From Felis catus (lineage: Eukaryota), in NCBI RefSeq assembly GCF_018350175.1, contig NC_058381.1:8618001-8682000 (forward strand): a DNA stretch of 64,000 nt, written 5' to 3'. Shown here in pieces: positions 38,917 through 51,668 of this stretch. Below the pieces are notes generated by a model, which saw only the letters and a list, made by a program, of their open reading frames with translations, was not told where the DNA came from and did no database searches. Numbering within the stretch: position 1 is the first letter of the stretch; each line of letters opens with the position of its first letter. Position numbers and translations under genes: made by a program.

Positions 38917-39158
38917 GGGGCGCCTGGGTGGCGCAGTCGGTTAAACGTCCGACTTCAGCCAGGTCACGATCTCACGGTCCGTGAGTTTGAGCCCCGCGTC
39001 AGGCTCTGGGCTGATGGCTCGGAGCCTGGAGCCTGTTTCTGATTCTGTGTCTCCCTCTCTCTCTGCCCCTCCCCCGTTCATGCTCTGTCTCTCTCTGTCC
39101 CAAAAATAAATAAACGTTGAAAAAAAAATTTAAAAAAAAAATAATAATAAAATAAAAA
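38917..39158 (+). mobile_element. Young felid SINEC_Fc
   Basis: ggggcgcctgggtggcgcagtcgg...gtcccaaaaataaataaacgttg; inserted in an (AAAAT)n tract. Confidence 0.96.
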
Positions 39159-40239
39159 CTTCGTCAGACATCTCTCTCTCGGAGAAACCACCTTTATTTG
39201 TTCGTTTAGGCAGACTTCTAACTAGGAAAAAACCCGAGCCATGCAGCTCTGTTCATACTCAGTAAAAGAGCTGTTGACTTAACCATCCAAGGGAGAGGAT
39301 CCTTTTCTAAAAGACCGCATTTCACTGCAGGCATAAAAGGTGGTCACGCAATCATTCCGGCCAAGGGCATGAGTTGAGCTCTGCCGAGCAGCACCTGGGG
39401 TGGCCACCAAAAGAACAGTGAAGAATGACATCCCCGGCTACGTAAGAAACCAAAGTCCAGGTGTCACGGTTTTGCTTTTTTTAAAAAAAATTTTCTTTTT
39501 AAAGTTTTATTTTAGCGGAGGGAGACAAATGCTGATGCTTCTTGGGATCACCGCCCGGATAAACTTCTCGCATTTGAATCCTTGTATCCCCAGAAACCCA
39601 GACAAAGACAGGTGCCCACACTGACGTAAAAAAAAAAAAACAAGGCAGACATCAGAAATTCTAGATTCATCACAAGATCCTAAAAGTGCTCCATTGCCAA
39701 TGACCCCATTTTGGGGGGCCCAAACTTGTCAGGATGGGTGCCACGAAACACGAAACTCTGCAGGAACTAGATACTACTCTGTGGATTCCCAAGACCAATC
39801 TTCTGAGCCATGCTTCATCCAGACGATCAGACGGGAGGAACGCGTCTCTCCGTCCGTTAGGAAAAACCTAAATGACACTGATCCGTGAAAGCCAGCTCGG
39901 TCTTAACAAGTGATCAAGATCCTGGCCAGGATGACCTCATTTGTGCCAGGTAAATGTTCTGACGGTGGGGCTCTGTGAAGGGTTTTATGTGGGGATGTGT
40001 AGAGTGCATTCGGGTATGAAAACTATCAGGTATTCAGAAGGGGGTGACTGGTCGAGCTCTGCGAAATGCTCTCCGGGAGCCCTTGGAGAGTCAGGAACCA
40101 GAACTTCTCCGCCTGCCTCTGGTTTGCCTTTCAGTCTGAGCAAAGCCAGTCATAAGCAGCTGGACAAGGTAAGTGCCTAAGAGACCCAGGAGACTCAGAA
40201 TCCAGGACGCGAATGGAGGTAAATGGTGTCAGAGGAGAC

Positions 40240-40630
40240 CCTGTAGAATCCTTCGAGAAGGAGAAATGTGGTCTGACAGGAACGAACTGGTGGAGGCTGG
40301 GGTAGTTTCAACCGGCTCCCAAAACGACAGGTGATGGAGGAAGGCAGATTAAGACTCTGTGTGACCGTCTTGGGACATTCGCGTGGCTTCAGAAATCCTT
40401 TGGATATTTGCAGAGTGGAAAGGAAGTCAATGTGGCAGAGAAAGGGGAAAGGGAGGGAAACTGATAGACAATGAGGTGACGAAGTAAGACAAGAGCCAGA
40501 CCACTTAAGGACTTGTAAGCCACGGGCAAAGAGTTTTAACCCCTTTCTAATCACAACGGAAGGGCATGGAATGGTTTTAGATAGAAGAGGAATATGCTGA
40601 GATTTGAATTTCGGGACACCATTGTGGCAA
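40240..40630 (-). mobile_element. L2 relic
   Basis: gagccagacc...ggacttgtaagccacgggcaaagagtttt...ggaagggcatggaatggttttag. Confidence 0.6.
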
Positions 40631-40659
40631 CTGGAAGGCGTGTGGGATCATTTCTCGAA

Positions 40660-40840
40660 CATACTAGAAACTACGCTGGATGCTCTCCATGCATTATTTC
40701 ATATCATCGCCATGAGACCCTTCTTTGATTACCCCTGTGGCGCGGAGAGGGTGTGTCTAGACCCGGGTCAGTTACTGGTAAGTAACGGAGGTAGGATGTG
40801 AATCTAGATAGAGCTAATCTCAAAGTCTGAGCTCTAACTC
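40660..40840 (-). mobile_element. MIR relic
   Basis: gcattatttcat...ctggtaagtaacggaggtaggatgtgaatctag. Confidence 0.5.
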
Positions 40841-41440
40841 AGGATACTCTTGAGAAGCTCTACATAAATTCTCTCTCCCGACTCACCGCCCCATGCTTGT
40901 CAATGTCTTCGTGGGCCCAGTAAGTTATATCATAGGACACCCCATCTGCTCCATGGTTGCCCAGTGTAAATTTGGGGTACTTCTGACATGGAGCTTTGTT
41001 TTGGGGCCCCAGCTGCCTAGAGCTGAGGTGTGCCTTCTACCCGTGACTCTATTATACCTGTTTATAAGTTGTACTATATTCTTACAGTGCTTTAGGGGCA
41101 GGTTGGACAGACAACAGAACGTAGCCTAAGGCCAATGTAACCTGGGGTCCTCGAGCTTCTGGAATCTCTTTTCACAGACGCAGGCTGCTGCTAGGCTTTT
41201 GACTGAGACCTTAGCAAGATCCTTGCAATATTCTCTCAGGGTCCTAAGTGGTTCCTTAAATGGACGTTGGCCTGCACAAAACTTCCTTTGGGGGAAAAAA
41301 AAAATGAAGGATTGAAGTGCATCTTGGGACGTCTATCCCTGCTTCCTACCACCTTGATTTTTCTCGTCTGTTACCGTCAAGGATGAATCTGTCCTCGCCT
41401 CTCTGGAAGTGATTCAGGACTTTTGTGTTATAGGGCAGGA

Positions 41441-41663
41441 TCTTCTTCTTCTTTTATGTTTATTCTTGAGAGAGAGAGAGAGCGACAGAGCGTGAGCAGG
41501 GAGGGGGAGGCAGAGAGAGAGAGAGAGGGAGACCCAGAATCCGAAGCAGGCTCCAGGCTCTGAGCTGTCAGCAGAGCCCGACCCGGGGCTCGAACTCACG
41601 AAACACGAGATCACGACCGGAGCCGAAGTCAGACGCTTAACCGACTGAGCCACCCACGCGCCC
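41441..41663 (-). mobile_element. CanSINE
   Basis: Ends gagccacccacgcgccc. Confidence 0.92.
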
Positions 41664-42415
41664 TAAATTTTCATTTTGTATTTACAGAAACACTCCTCTT
41701 ACCCAGGGCCACCGGAAATAAGCAAGCCCCAGCTCCAAGCTCTAAGACCCTGCACATAGCCCACCACATCCCGGATGCCCTCGTTTACTGTCTTGTTGAT
41801 TTTTCCTCATATCCCTCACAAGTTTTATTACCTGCAAGAATCTAAGGAAACGGAGACAGCTTCCTGGCTCACGAAAGTTCCCCCAGTGGTGAACCATTAC
41901 ATTGTTCCTACCGTGTTCTCCCTTCATCCCGTAAAAGGGTCTGCCCCCTGCTCACAAGTGATAAACCTGTGACCGGAACAGAGCCATTCAGTGTCCCACC
42001 CCCGACCCCTTGCTACCGTTGAAGGCATGAATGGCTGATTCAAGCTTGGCCAATCCAAGTTCCTTCTGGAATTTTTTTCTTTTTTTTTCCAGGGAAACCA
42101 AAAGAAAGAAGTCTGTTCCCTCTCCAGACGTGGAGGTGTTAAAATATACACTGGGATCTGCTGGACGCCCTATAACACGCCATGCAGTTTTGTGGCATTT
42201 TGACCAGCGTAGCCACGGGCAGAAGGAAGCAGAGAGGTAAAACAGACGGGCTTGTGAGTAGTGGTTACTACCCCTTCTCTGGGTTTGTTCACGGGAGACA
42301 CTAGACTTCTCTCGCTTCTTTTAACTACTTTAATGCTGAGGAGAGTTATGCACGGGATGACATCACCTTGTGCGGGATGACAAAATAAATACGTACATAA
42401 ATAAAGAGAGAGTAC

Positions 42416-42645
42416 GGGGCGCCTGGGTGGCTCAGTCGGTTAAGCGGCCGACTTCGCTCAGGTCATGATCTCGTGGTCCGTGAGTTTGAGCCCCGCGTCG
42501 GGCCCTGTGCTGACAGCTCGGAGCCTGTAGCCTGTTTCAGATTCTGTGTCTCCCTCTCTCTGCCCCTACCCCGTTCATGCTCTGTCTCTCTCTGTCTCAA
42601 AAATCAATAAACGTTAAAAAAATTTTTTTAAAATAAAATAAAAAA
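42416..42645 (+). mobile_element. Felid SINEC_Fc
   Basis: TSD aataaagagagagta. Confidence 0.95.
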
Positions 42646-43660
42646 ATAAAGAGAGAGTAGGAAGAAACATCTCTCTGTGATGAGGCACCATAGCCAATAG
42701 AAGCGACCATTTATAATTTGACCCCAGGGGAGACCCAGGAAGGGAACAGGAGAGCTGAAGTAATTCTATAGTCCAGTCCTGGATGTTTATAACACCCACC
42801 CTGAATCTCAGCCGCAAGTTTTCTGTTCAATGGATTCTGTCGAAGTAAGGGGTGGAATAATACGTTTTAGAAATATTGCAATTCAAATGGTGACGTATTT
42901 TGTTTTGTTTTGTTTTTTAGGCTCAGGTTATGAAGAACCACGTGGTGAATTCTAGATAAATAGAGTGTTTGTTAAAAGGGCCAACCGTATCAAATTTGCA
43001 ATTTCTGCCGACCTTCTAAAGTCATTTTCTGCGGCGGATACAGGTTTCGATTCTAAATGCAGACACTTGAGTCAACAGAGACTTCCATTTTTTTTTCGTT
43101 CTCTTTCCCATTTTTCTCCGGCTGCCGCCTCATTTCGCTTTCGTTCTATCGTTTGAATTAGTTGTCCCCCACTTGCCATATCTTCAGGACTGGCCATATC
43201 CCCGATCCTCAGAAAGGAGGGCTCAAGTTTGCATGCCAGGAACTGGAAAGGCAGATCTGTGAGTTAACGGGCTCCCTCCTGACCCATGAGTCTACCCAAA
43301 GCTTGGTCCTCCCGGAATGGGGGCTCTGCCCCGCACTTGTCAATCTCCCCACAGGAAAGGAGTCGCTTTGGTAAATTCCAGTCCGGCAGCCGGACCCTTG
43401 CTACCGGCCTCCCCTGGCTACCTCCAGAGCTCTCCAATATTGCCTTCTCTGGATGGGCTCCCTCCCACCAGACAGATCACGTGAGCACACCTTGCTGGAA
43501 CCCACTCGCCGCCTGTCTTCTCCCGCTGTGCTGTGCAATCCTTGCTCGCTCGTGTCGGACGTCTTCTCCCCTGTCCACCCTCAGCTGACCCCTCTCTGTC
43601 TCATCCAGGCCCATACTGTGGCCCCTCTTCCTGCAGCTAATATTTCCCTGACTTTATGTA

Positions 43661-44561
43661 CGGTAAAACTTTGGTCTGTGAGCCTAATTCATCCCAGAAA
43701 CACGCCTGTCATCCAAGGCACTCGCATATCGAAGCGAATTTCCCCCCAAGAAATCGTGGAAAGTCAGATGATTCGTTCCACAACCCCCCCCCAATATTCA
43801 TATAAAGTGATTCCATGATTTTTGTAAATGATTACAATACTGTAATATGATGCAAAGTAATAAAATACGAACTATACAGAAAAATAGACAAATTCACCTG
43901 CACTCACCTTCGAAAGCCTTCGTGGCTGTTGTGTGGGAGACAAGAGAGAGGAGGGTTACTGTGTAGGATGACTTTCACTATCACTAATGGAATCACTGCT
44001 ATCCGTTGACTAAATGGAACCTTTTTCTGCATGGGGGGGGGCATTGTATATACTCGCAGGGATGTTGACTACAGTATTGTATTAATAAATTCTTGTCGTA
44101 TACTGTATTTAATGTAACTGGCATTAAGGCAGCAGAGGGAAGGGTCTCTATCTGTAGGCAGCCTGACCTAGAATGGAGCAAAACATTCTTAAGCTCACTC
44201 TTGGATGGAAAAGCAAAGGCCTGTCCAGAGGTGCTTGGAAGTGACAAAAAAGTATACTAGTGTCAGTGTGGGCACCTTCCAACGTTCCGAAAAATCACTG
44301 ATTTCTGCCACACACCATGCCCTGAGACCAAGCATCCAAGCCTGGGAGACAATCACCCACAACCTCACAGCAAAAGAGAGAAAGAGAGAGAGAGAGAAAG
44401 AGAAGAACCATTGGCTCAGTTGTGATCATGGGACGTTCAACATCGCGTACTACTCAGATGACAAGACATCGCTCATATATCAAGTTAAAATTTATTAGAG
44501 ATGTTTGCTCCTCTTGTGGAACATTCGGAGAACAAGTTATTCGCAATCCGAGGTTTTACTG
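43661..44561. mobile_element. Complete non-autonomous TcMar-Tigger DNA transposon (carnivore type)
   Basis: TA on both sides (43659-43660, 44562-44563); imperfect TIRs CGGTAAAACTTTGG / reverse complement CAGTAAAACCTCGG; no transposase ORF. Confidence 0.85.
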
Positions 44562-45111
44562 TATTTTGTTCTCTCAATCCCACCGCCCAAGTTTTTTGGA
44601 CCTGTGTACGTTTCTACCACCCCCCTGATCCCAAAATAGCAACATCCCTCGGGTATTTCTAATCTAGTATCCAGCTCCTTGTCTCCATATAGAACGGATG
44701 TTTTACGCTCCTTTTTTTATTAGTATAATTTCCTGAGTATATGATTCCCATATACTTTGGCATGTCAATATCCAAGGTTTTTTTTCTTCTAATTCTGCTA
44801 AACTTTATATTGAACTTTGCCAAGAACTTGTAATTCATATTGTATGATATATATCAACCCTATGTCACCCCTTTAAGACCTTTTTATAGCTTCTGTGCTA
44901 TACTTGTGTTTTTCACGTAATCTCTCTCTACATAACTTTATTTTCCCCCTCTTTAAGGGTTTTCGTTTTTCAGTATTCTGCCATTCTTGCCAAATTTTCC
45001 ATTTCATAAATTCCACCTCCTTTTGCAAAGGACTCCTATGCTTCAGCGTTTCATTTTAGATCGGTAGAATTTAAATTTTCTTGGAATTTTAAAATTCACA
45101 GAGAATCTGGT

Positions 45112-45336
45112 CTTTTCTTTTAAAAAATGTTTATTTATTCATTTTGAGAGAGAGAGAGAGAGAGAGAGAGCATGAGTGGAGAGGGGCAGAGAAAGAGGGG
45201 GTTAGAGGATCCGAAGCGGGCTCCGCACCGACAGCAGAGAGCCCGATGTGGGGCTTGAACTCACCAACCATGAGATCATGACCTGAGCCTAAATTAAGAG
45301 TCGGATGCTGAACCAACTGAGCCACCCAGGCACCCC
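45112..45336 (-). mobile_element. CanSINE
   Basis: Ends gagccacccaggcacccc. Confidence 0.92.
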
Positions 45337-45339
45337 TCC

Positions 45340-45540
45340 CTCAGGCCATGATCTCACAGTCTGTGGGTTCGAGCCCCACGTCGATCTCTGCTGACAGCTC
45401 AGAGCCTGGAGCCTGCTTCGGATTCTGTGTCTCCCTCTCTCTCTGCCCCTCCCCCACTCACACACACACACACACACACACACTCTCTCTCTCTCTCTCT
45501 CTCTCAAAAATAAATGAACATTACAAATCTTTTTAAAAAA
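45340..45540 (+). mobile_element. CanSINE lacking its first ~40 nt
   Basis: Starts at ctcaggccatgatctc; (CA)n(CT)n linker and tail. Confidence 0.9.
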
Positions 45541-45553
45541 AATAGCCTTCATT

Positions 45554-45825
45554 GGGGCACCTGGCTGGCTCAGCCAGTAGAACATACAACCATAGATCTC
45601 AAGGTCTGAGTTCGAGCCCCATGTTAGGCATAGAGNNNNNNNNNNNNNNNNNNNNNNNNNNNNNNNNNNNNNNNNNNNNNNNNNNNNNNNNNNNNNNNNN
45701 NNNNNNNNNNNNNNNNNNNNNNNNNNNNNNNNNNNNNNNNNNNNNNNNNNNNNNNNNNNNNNNNNNNNNTAAATTTAACTTAATATTTTTAACTAAATAA
45801 TTTTTATTACATTTATATATATTTA
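45554..45825 (+). mobile_element. CanSINE spanning an assembly gap
   Basis: Head at 45554; TSD aaatagccttcatt on both sides of the N run. Confidence 0.75.
45636..45769. other. Assembly gap (N run)
   Basis: Run of N. Confidence 1.
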
Positions 45826-46169
45826 AATAGCCTTCATTAAGGAGACTGTCTAACTGACACGCAGAAAGTCAGCAGAATTGCTTGATTCGGTTTGTCTGAG
45901 TCTTTCAAAACCTTGTACATTTATTCTCCCTCTTTCCATTTTCATTTTCCAATCGTTTTCCACACTTATAACGATTCAAATCTTATGCCGCATCCAGCCT
46001 CCAGGAAACGTGCCCGATTCCTCTCTGTCTAGCTCACCTGCTCTCCCCCTCACCATTTAGTCCAACAGTGGCTGGGGTGAACAGTGTCTATGCTTCTTCT
46101 ACTCACTGCCCAGTAGCATTTTCTCATCGGCAGCACACCCTATTATAAACTTCAAAGTTGCTAACAGAC

Positions 46170-46340
46170 TAGACCTTGGTTACTCCCATCACAAAAAAGA
46201 AATAACTAGGTGACGTGATAGAGGCATCAGCTAACCCGGAGGTGCAAATCACACTGCAATTTAGAGATGTAGCAAATCAAAGTGTATTATACCTTAAACT
46301 TGCACTAGGCTATATGCCAACTGTATCTCGGTAAAAAGAA
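46170..46340 (+). mobile_element. L1MA-like 3' end
   Basis: catcacaaaaaagaaataact...taccttaaacttgcac...tatatgccaactgtatctc. Confidence 0.75.
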
Positions 46341-46364
46341 ATGTGAAAAAAGCATACAGTGCAT

Positions 46365-46595
46365 GGGACGCCTGGGTGGCTCAGTCGGTTGAGCGTCCGA
46401 CTTCAGCTCAGGTCACGATCTCACAGCTTGCGGGTTCGAGCCCCGCGTCGGGCTCTGTGCTGACAGCTCGGAGCCCGGAGTCTGCTTCGGATTCTGTGCC
46501 TCCCTCTCTCTCTGCCCTAACCCACTCATATTCTGTCTCTGTCTTTCTCAAAAATAAATAAACATTTAAAAATTTTTTAAGTAAAACTAAAAAAT
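46365..46595 (+). mobile_element. CanSINE
   Basis: TSD aaagcatacagtgca. Confidence 0.95.
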
Positions 46596-46966
46596 AAAGC
46601 ATACAGTGCAAATTTTTTTTTACATTCTAAATACATTGTTATATGTATGAATACAAAGGAAAAACGGTTTTCCTTAACGAAAACAGAAAAACAAAACAAA
46701 ACAAAGCAAAAAGAAATTGAAAGATGAACAGCAAGGAGCAGTGATGGCCAAAGACGGTGAAAGACATTGGCAACAGAAATTCCAATTGACCACAAACATA
46801 GGAAAAGTGTTCACTATCAGGTTCAAAAAAATGAAAGTCGAAATCCCCAAATGCCCCTTTTCCTCTATCAGCTTGGCAACATTAAATACATTCTCAGCAT
46901 TTAGGGAAATTTCTAGGAAATTGCATTCTCTTTGCTAGAAAAAGGTGAATTAGAACATTCACTCTA

Positions 46967-47226
46967 GGGCTCCTGAGCGGCTCAGTTGGCTAAGCGTCTG
47001 ACTTTGGCTCAAGCCATGCTCTGCTTTCTGCTCAGGTAATGATCTCATGGTTCGTGAGTTCGAGCCCTGCATCGGGCTCCCTGCTGTCAGCGTGGAGCCT
47101 GCCTGGGATCCTTTATCCCCCTCTCTCTCTGCCCCTCTCCCGCTCGCATGCACTTCCTCTCTCTCTCTCTCTCTCTCTCACTCTGTCTCTCTCGAAAATA
47201 AATAAGCATTTAAAAAATTTAAGAAA
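46967..47226 (+). mobile_element. CanSINE with ~23-nt insertion between A and B boxes
   Basis: TSD agaacattc..tctag; extra agccatgctctgctttctgctca. Confidence 0.9.
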
Positions 47227-48043
47227 AGAACATTCTGTCTAGAGTCAGTTCAGCAAAATGTGTCATAAGCCTTCAAATATGAGTAGTAGAATCTATACAG
47301 AAGTTTCTTGAAATTTCATCTCTTGATAAAAGAAAATAAACAGTAGCATCCATCTGTGCAATTGTCACAACGTTACTTAGAACAGTGGGAAACAGATGAA
47401 ATGTTCACCAACTGGGAGTTGGCTGTCAGCTTTAGTCCCATGTGACAAGAGCACAATGCCATGAAAAATCACATAGTCTAAGAATACAAGAGAAATTTGC
47501 ATAGTATGTTGCTAAGTGAATAAACCTGGTATGAAAATGATACGGATGGTTTGATTATAGTTATTTTTTATTTTTGACGCTTGCGTACGTGCACGGGACA
47601 GAATAGCGCTGGCGACAAAAGTTAGTAGTGGCCTTTTCCGGGTGGCCAGATTTGGAGAGATTTTTCATGTTCCCTCTTTGTGCTTTTTTATTTTCCAAAC
47701 TCTTTATATAATAAGTAAGCCTAACTTTTTTTTTTTAAGCCAGCTTTTAGACTCATTGAAACTCTCCCGGAATTCAACCTCAGTGTATATCTATTTCCTT
47801 TTTGCCTCTAGCGTACCTTATTTGACCCACACAGTAATAATTATGGGGGAAGGGAGGGAGGGCACATCCCATCTGCTTTTTTTTCCGGTGTGTTTTGTTA
47901 TTCATATTCCATTAACGTTACTTTTTGTTCGACGAAATACGAATCCGCGATTGAAGACGAACCAGCATCCCACCAGTTGCTAGAACCAAGAATGAGGACA
48001 GCAAATGACCCGTGGTGTTTCCAGAGTTCCAGGAACTGTGGTA

Positions 48044-48045
<2 letters not shown>

Positions 48046-48083
<38 letters not shown>
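48046..48083. repeat. (GT)n microsatellite
   Basis: Seen directly. Confidence 0.97.
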
Positions 48084-48085
<2 letters not shown>

Positions 48086-48124
48086 CTCGCCCAATAGCTC
48101 TAACTCCATGAAATAAATCTTAAT

Positions 48125-48265
48125 AGCATCTGCCTTTTATGGATGAGGACCCTGAGAAGACAGGTTAAGTGACCTGCCCAAAGTCAACACAGCTAGTATA
48201 TATCCTAGTGTATATCCAAGTCTGGGTTCAAGTACAGTCAGCCAGCCTGAGTACCATTGTCCATC
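48125..48265 (-). mobile_element. MIR relic
   Basis: ttttatggatgagga...ggttaagtgacctgcccaaagtcaacacagctagt. Confidence 0.7.
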
Positions 48266-49091
48266 ATCACCACGAGATTCTATTTCTACGGGGATATCCT
48301 AGAGATAAGCAAAGAACACTGTGCGGTCCTCTTTTTCTGCTATTCCTTCTTGTGTAATTCGGGTAAGGTATGGGTTAAATAAGAATTTGGGGGCTGGCCT
48401 GGGTCCTTCACTACCACTTACAATATTATTTATATGAAAAAAAATCACTGTGCATTCCAAACGACTGACCTACAAATGAAATTTCTGAACAGTCTATTTG
48501 CAAGTTGGGGGTTGCCTGTATATCTCACAAGGAAATTATTACCAAGGGAAAGACATGTGTTTCCATCCAAAATAAATGTCTGGAAATTATTTGGCCTTTG
48601 AATAAACTCAGGCCATCCGTCTTTAGCCAGGAGTTTATCCTGAGGACTCTTCATCAAGTGCTTACCACGTGAATAAAGAGTTTTCAGAACGCGAACGTCA
48701 AGTCCCCAGACGTGGTTCTGGAAGCCTTAGAGTTCTCACATGGGCACAGACACGCTGCCGGCTGAAAGTCCTTTGGGACTGCCTGGCCTTCTAGAAGGGG
48801 AGGCAGAAAAGCATGAATATGGTGCATTTCCCGATCCTTTCAGAAGTGGAGGAGTGTTGTGCTGGGTACTTCAGTCAAGGTGAGATATCTAGGAGGGAGA
48901 AGAGGCTGAAGGAGTCAGGAGCACTTTAAATCTGCATAATTTTTATGGTTTTCAAATGAATTCTAATATATGCTTGGATTAGCCCACTGGAAGCGGACCT
49001 CACATTCAACAGGTTGTAACAACGGCTTATTGAGCTATCTCAATCCAGCTTCTAATTGCAGTAGACAGATTCTGATTTTGCGTAATGTCAC

Positions 49092-49150
49092 TTTTTCTTA
49101 GGTTGGTTTATTTATTTTGAGAGAGACAGAGACAGTTTGAGTAGGGGAGG

Positions 49151-49188
<38 letters not shown>

Positions 49189-49328
49189 ATCCCAAGCAGG
49201 CTCCACACCGTCAGCACAGAGCCCAATGTGGGGCTCAAGCTCACGGAGCCGTGAGATCATGACCACCGTGAGATCATGACCAAAACCGGGAGTCAGACTC
49301 TTAACCGACTGAGCCACCCAGGCACCCC
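49092..49328 (-). mobile_element. CanSINE with internal duplication (ccgtgagatcatgacca twice)
   Basis: Duplicated unit seen at 49249-49282. Confidence 0.9.
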
Positions 49329-49426
49329 TGCTTAATTTCCCTTTCCAAAAGGTAATAGCTGTCATGGAGTTTTATAATTGTGTAAAAGCGATCAAGCAAC
49401 ACTATACCGTATCCTTAGATATCTAT

Positions 49427-49535
49427 TCTGTCAGCACAGAGCCCGACGTGGGGCTCGAACTCACGAATCCTGAGATCGTGACCTGGGCCAAAATCGAGAG
49501 CGAGACCCTTACCGACTGAGCCACTCAGGTGCTCC
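49427..49535 (-). mobile_element. CanSINE head only (no linker or tail)
   Basis: ctgtcagcacagagcccg...gagccactcaggtgctcc. Confidence 0.85.
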
Positions 49536-50354
49536 TAAAATACACTTTTAAACTGAGTTGCATCCATTCTCTGCCCCACCACGTGCTCCAGAAGGATGAT
49601 CTCTGAGTGCTGCGTCAGCCAGGTTTCTATGCTGGTGGGTTTCTGGTCCAAGAATGATCTGAGGTTAAGGGGAAGGAGAGGTTGGGACGGTCTCTCCTCT
49701 TCTCCTCTCCCCACTTGAGGGCCACGTTTCCTGAAGACGTTGGGTGCCTCCATGACCTCAGCTCCCATCTGGTGGCTCCTCCCCCAAGGCTTGACCTTTC
49801 CCCGGGATCCGGCAACGCATTTTCCTCCCTTTGTCACTTTGGTCCTAAGGAGGTACTCGTCCTTGGGGACTTCGCCATCCCACGTTGGTCCCCTTACCCC
49901 TGCCCTCTCACTAAGTCAGCCCTTCATTAGTGCCTACTCACTTGAAGAACCTGGGGTGAGTTCTGTTTCCTGCCAAGACCTACTCGTACAATAATCCATT
50001 CTTCCCCCCCCACATACCAACAGGAAAAAGCCCAAATCCATGGCCGGCTGACAAGATGTCTTCCCTTAGGTTAAGATAGGCTTGATGCACCGAACCGGCT
50101 TGCTCTTCTTGGCTATCCGAGTGCCACAGAGTTGCAAGTATAGTGTTTGAGAGTCCGGAGGAGGAAGAGACGTGTGAGTGTGGCCCGGGTTTCTTACACA
50201 GACTTGTAATCATTTCTCTGGCAAACAGAGAGCGATGTAACAACAGCCTGGAATATAAAACCTGGATAGAAGAGTGGGAACTGCTCAAAACAAGCATGGC
50301 TAGTGCTTCTCTAGTATTTTGTGTGTGTCTAACCTTCTGTAACTACTCTACGTA

Positions 50355-50885
50355 ATAATTACAGCTATCACCACCGTGTAGTGCTTGCAGGGCTTCAGGT
50401 AATCTCCCAGCACTTTATGTACATTGACTCATTTAATGGTCACAGAAGACCTCATGGGATGGGTGGTATTTAAATATCAACTGAGGCATATTAAAAACGT
50501 TAAGAGTTTATCGGTGCAAAAATTTGTTCAAGAGGACACAAGAGGAAAGCAAGGAAATACTTTGGCCACAGCTTAAGCATTTGCCCTATTGCGGAAGGCT
50601 TGCTCACTGTTGGTGACTGTCTTTAGGTTTGGATTTCTTAACCTTCAGGGTTTTACAAGCACAGGTTTGGGGCTGGTTATGTAGGCTGCCGAAGCATTAG
50701 AACCACGTGTATCCAATGGCGGCCTTGTTTAACTAATTTAAAATAAGACTGGCGCTCCCACTTCTCAGATTCGAAAACTGGGACGCAGATTGGTTTCATC
50801 AACTTGCCCGGGGTCCCGTGGCTAATGACAGAACTGAGACGCAAGCCAAGCATCCCAGCTTCGGAAACTGTGTTCATAGCCACGG
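50355..50885 (-). mobile_element. Two MIR relics (~50355-50500 and ~50760-50885)
   Basis: cactttatgtacattgactcatttaat; gaaaactggga...acttgcccggggtc...atgacagaactgaga. Confidence 0.5.
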
Positions 50886-51435
50886 TGCCCCACGCCCTCC
50901 TGGGGTGAATCTCTGAAAACCAGTTAAGTCTCTGAGCCGATTCTCAGAATAAAAATTCTCATCCTGTGAGGTTCTGAGGAAGATAGAGACTCAGAATAGC
51001 CACCATAACTTGCCAAGATGTTGACCATTCACCATTATACTGTAGTGCTTTCCAGAAAGTTCTGGAAAATAAAGTGGGACCAGCCTGTAGAGAGCTTTCA
51101 GTACAAGGATAAATATTTCAGTAGATGTGTAATGATTCCCCCACTTAACTCCTCTGCATTTTCCCCCACGTCTCGTGTTCATACCACCCATTCATGATCC
51201 TGAACTCCTTTTCTACACCCAGTCCCATATTTGTCTTCTTTTCTCCAAACACTTACCTTGTTTTCCTCATCTTCTTCCTGCATGAATTTCAATAGTACTA
51301 GACATTCAATAGTTGTCCTATCCCTATCCATTTTCCCACTCCTACTTTACATGTGGATGGATGGAATGACCCCAGCAGCTTCACAGACCACCATTATGGA
51401 TTATCAACTTACAATGAATGGTTCAGGTTTAGACA

Positions 51436-51611
51436 TAGTAGGGTGCTGGAACCAGCCTTCATGGGCTTCAGAGAGTCAATAGTGTGGACCTCTTCCCAAC
51501 TTCGGGTTCAGCGAGATCACCCTGGTAGTTTGGAATCAACCAGGGTGACAGTATTTGTGCTATGGAATTCAAACATAATCGGGGCTTTCTCTCTCTGTGT
51601 GTCTCGCTCTG

Positions 51612-51668
<57 letters not shown>

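Noticed and set aside
38917-39000. tRNA-like A/B boxes
   Set aside because: Part of tRNA-derived SINE heads, not tRNA genes
44057-44130. Pre-miRNA-like hairpin (TACAGTAT/ATACTGTA stem)
   Set aside because: Stem is weak and GU-rich, lies inside the Tigger element, and matches no miRNA I know beyond a miR-144-like 8-mer
51257-51277. Minus-strand 21-nt exon-like EEDEENK with GTAAGT donor
   Set aside because: Acceptor has no polypyrimidine tract; likely chance
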